Below, one piece after another: positions 1 to 64,000 of a stretch of 64,000 nt of DNA. Positions within the stretch are counted from its first letter, which is position 1. Each line of letters opens with the position of its first letter. Origin of the DNA: Octopus vulgaris (taxonomy: Eukaryota); contig OX597816.1 in NCBI GenBank assembly GCA_951406725.2, positions 90,148,001-90,212,000 of the forward strand, given 5' to 3'. The notes below the pieces were generated by a model, which did no database searches, was not told the DNA's origin, and saw only the letters and a program-made list of their open reading frames with translations. The position numbers were made by a program, and so were the translations under genes.

Positions 1-292
1 ACCTCTGTAATTATTTGGATCTAATGCATCACCTTTACTTTTGTAGCAGTTGACTACGGTGCTGCTACACCAGTCATTTGGTATGATTCCTTCGTTTATC
101 ATCTGGTTAACTATACAAGTGACTAAGCTATAGCATAGCCAACACCGCCAGATATTTTGAGCATGCAATATTATTTGTAATTGTAAAATTTTCTATAAAT
201 CTTTTGTGCAATTTAAATTGATTTCTGATTTAAGAATAATTAAATTTCTCAAGTTAAAATTGTATTTTAATGGTCTAAAAAATATTTATTAG

Positions 293-63883
<63,591 letters not shown>

Positions 63884-64000
63884 TAATTATTAAATCCCTT
63901 TCTATTTATTTAACTTAATTTATTTTTTAATGTTTTATGTTAAACTTTGAATTCTTGATAAGACAACATTATCATATTGCCTATTTGAAAAAGCTCTGCA

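Overview
AT-rich eukaryotic (animal) genomic DNA. The interspersed repeats look like those of Octopus (coleoid cephalopod); this is recognition from memory, not a search. The whole window lies inside one + strand gene, cytoplasmic dynein 1 heavy chain (DYNC1H1/Dhc64C orthologue). I traced 61 internal GT-AG exons (9,674 nt, ~3,224 codons, frame continuous) covering the tail, linker, AAA1-AAA4, stalk CC1, MTBD and CC2, up to just before AAA5. Start and stop codons are outside the window. Introns hold several tRNA-derived SINE families, RTE-LINE remnants, a decayed Chapaev-type DNA transposon, a Helitron and a Helentron/HINE-like element. Most interesting signal: many genomic codons differ from the animal dynein consensus (as I recall it) by exactly G->A, so A-to-I RNA editing would restore them. 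Two are Gly->Asp in near-invariant motor motifs (AAA1 MNP[D]YAGR, AAA3 Y[D]TQ). For the AAA1 site the adjacent intron contains a collinear complementary sequence centred on that adenosine, consistent with an exon-intron ADAR substrate.
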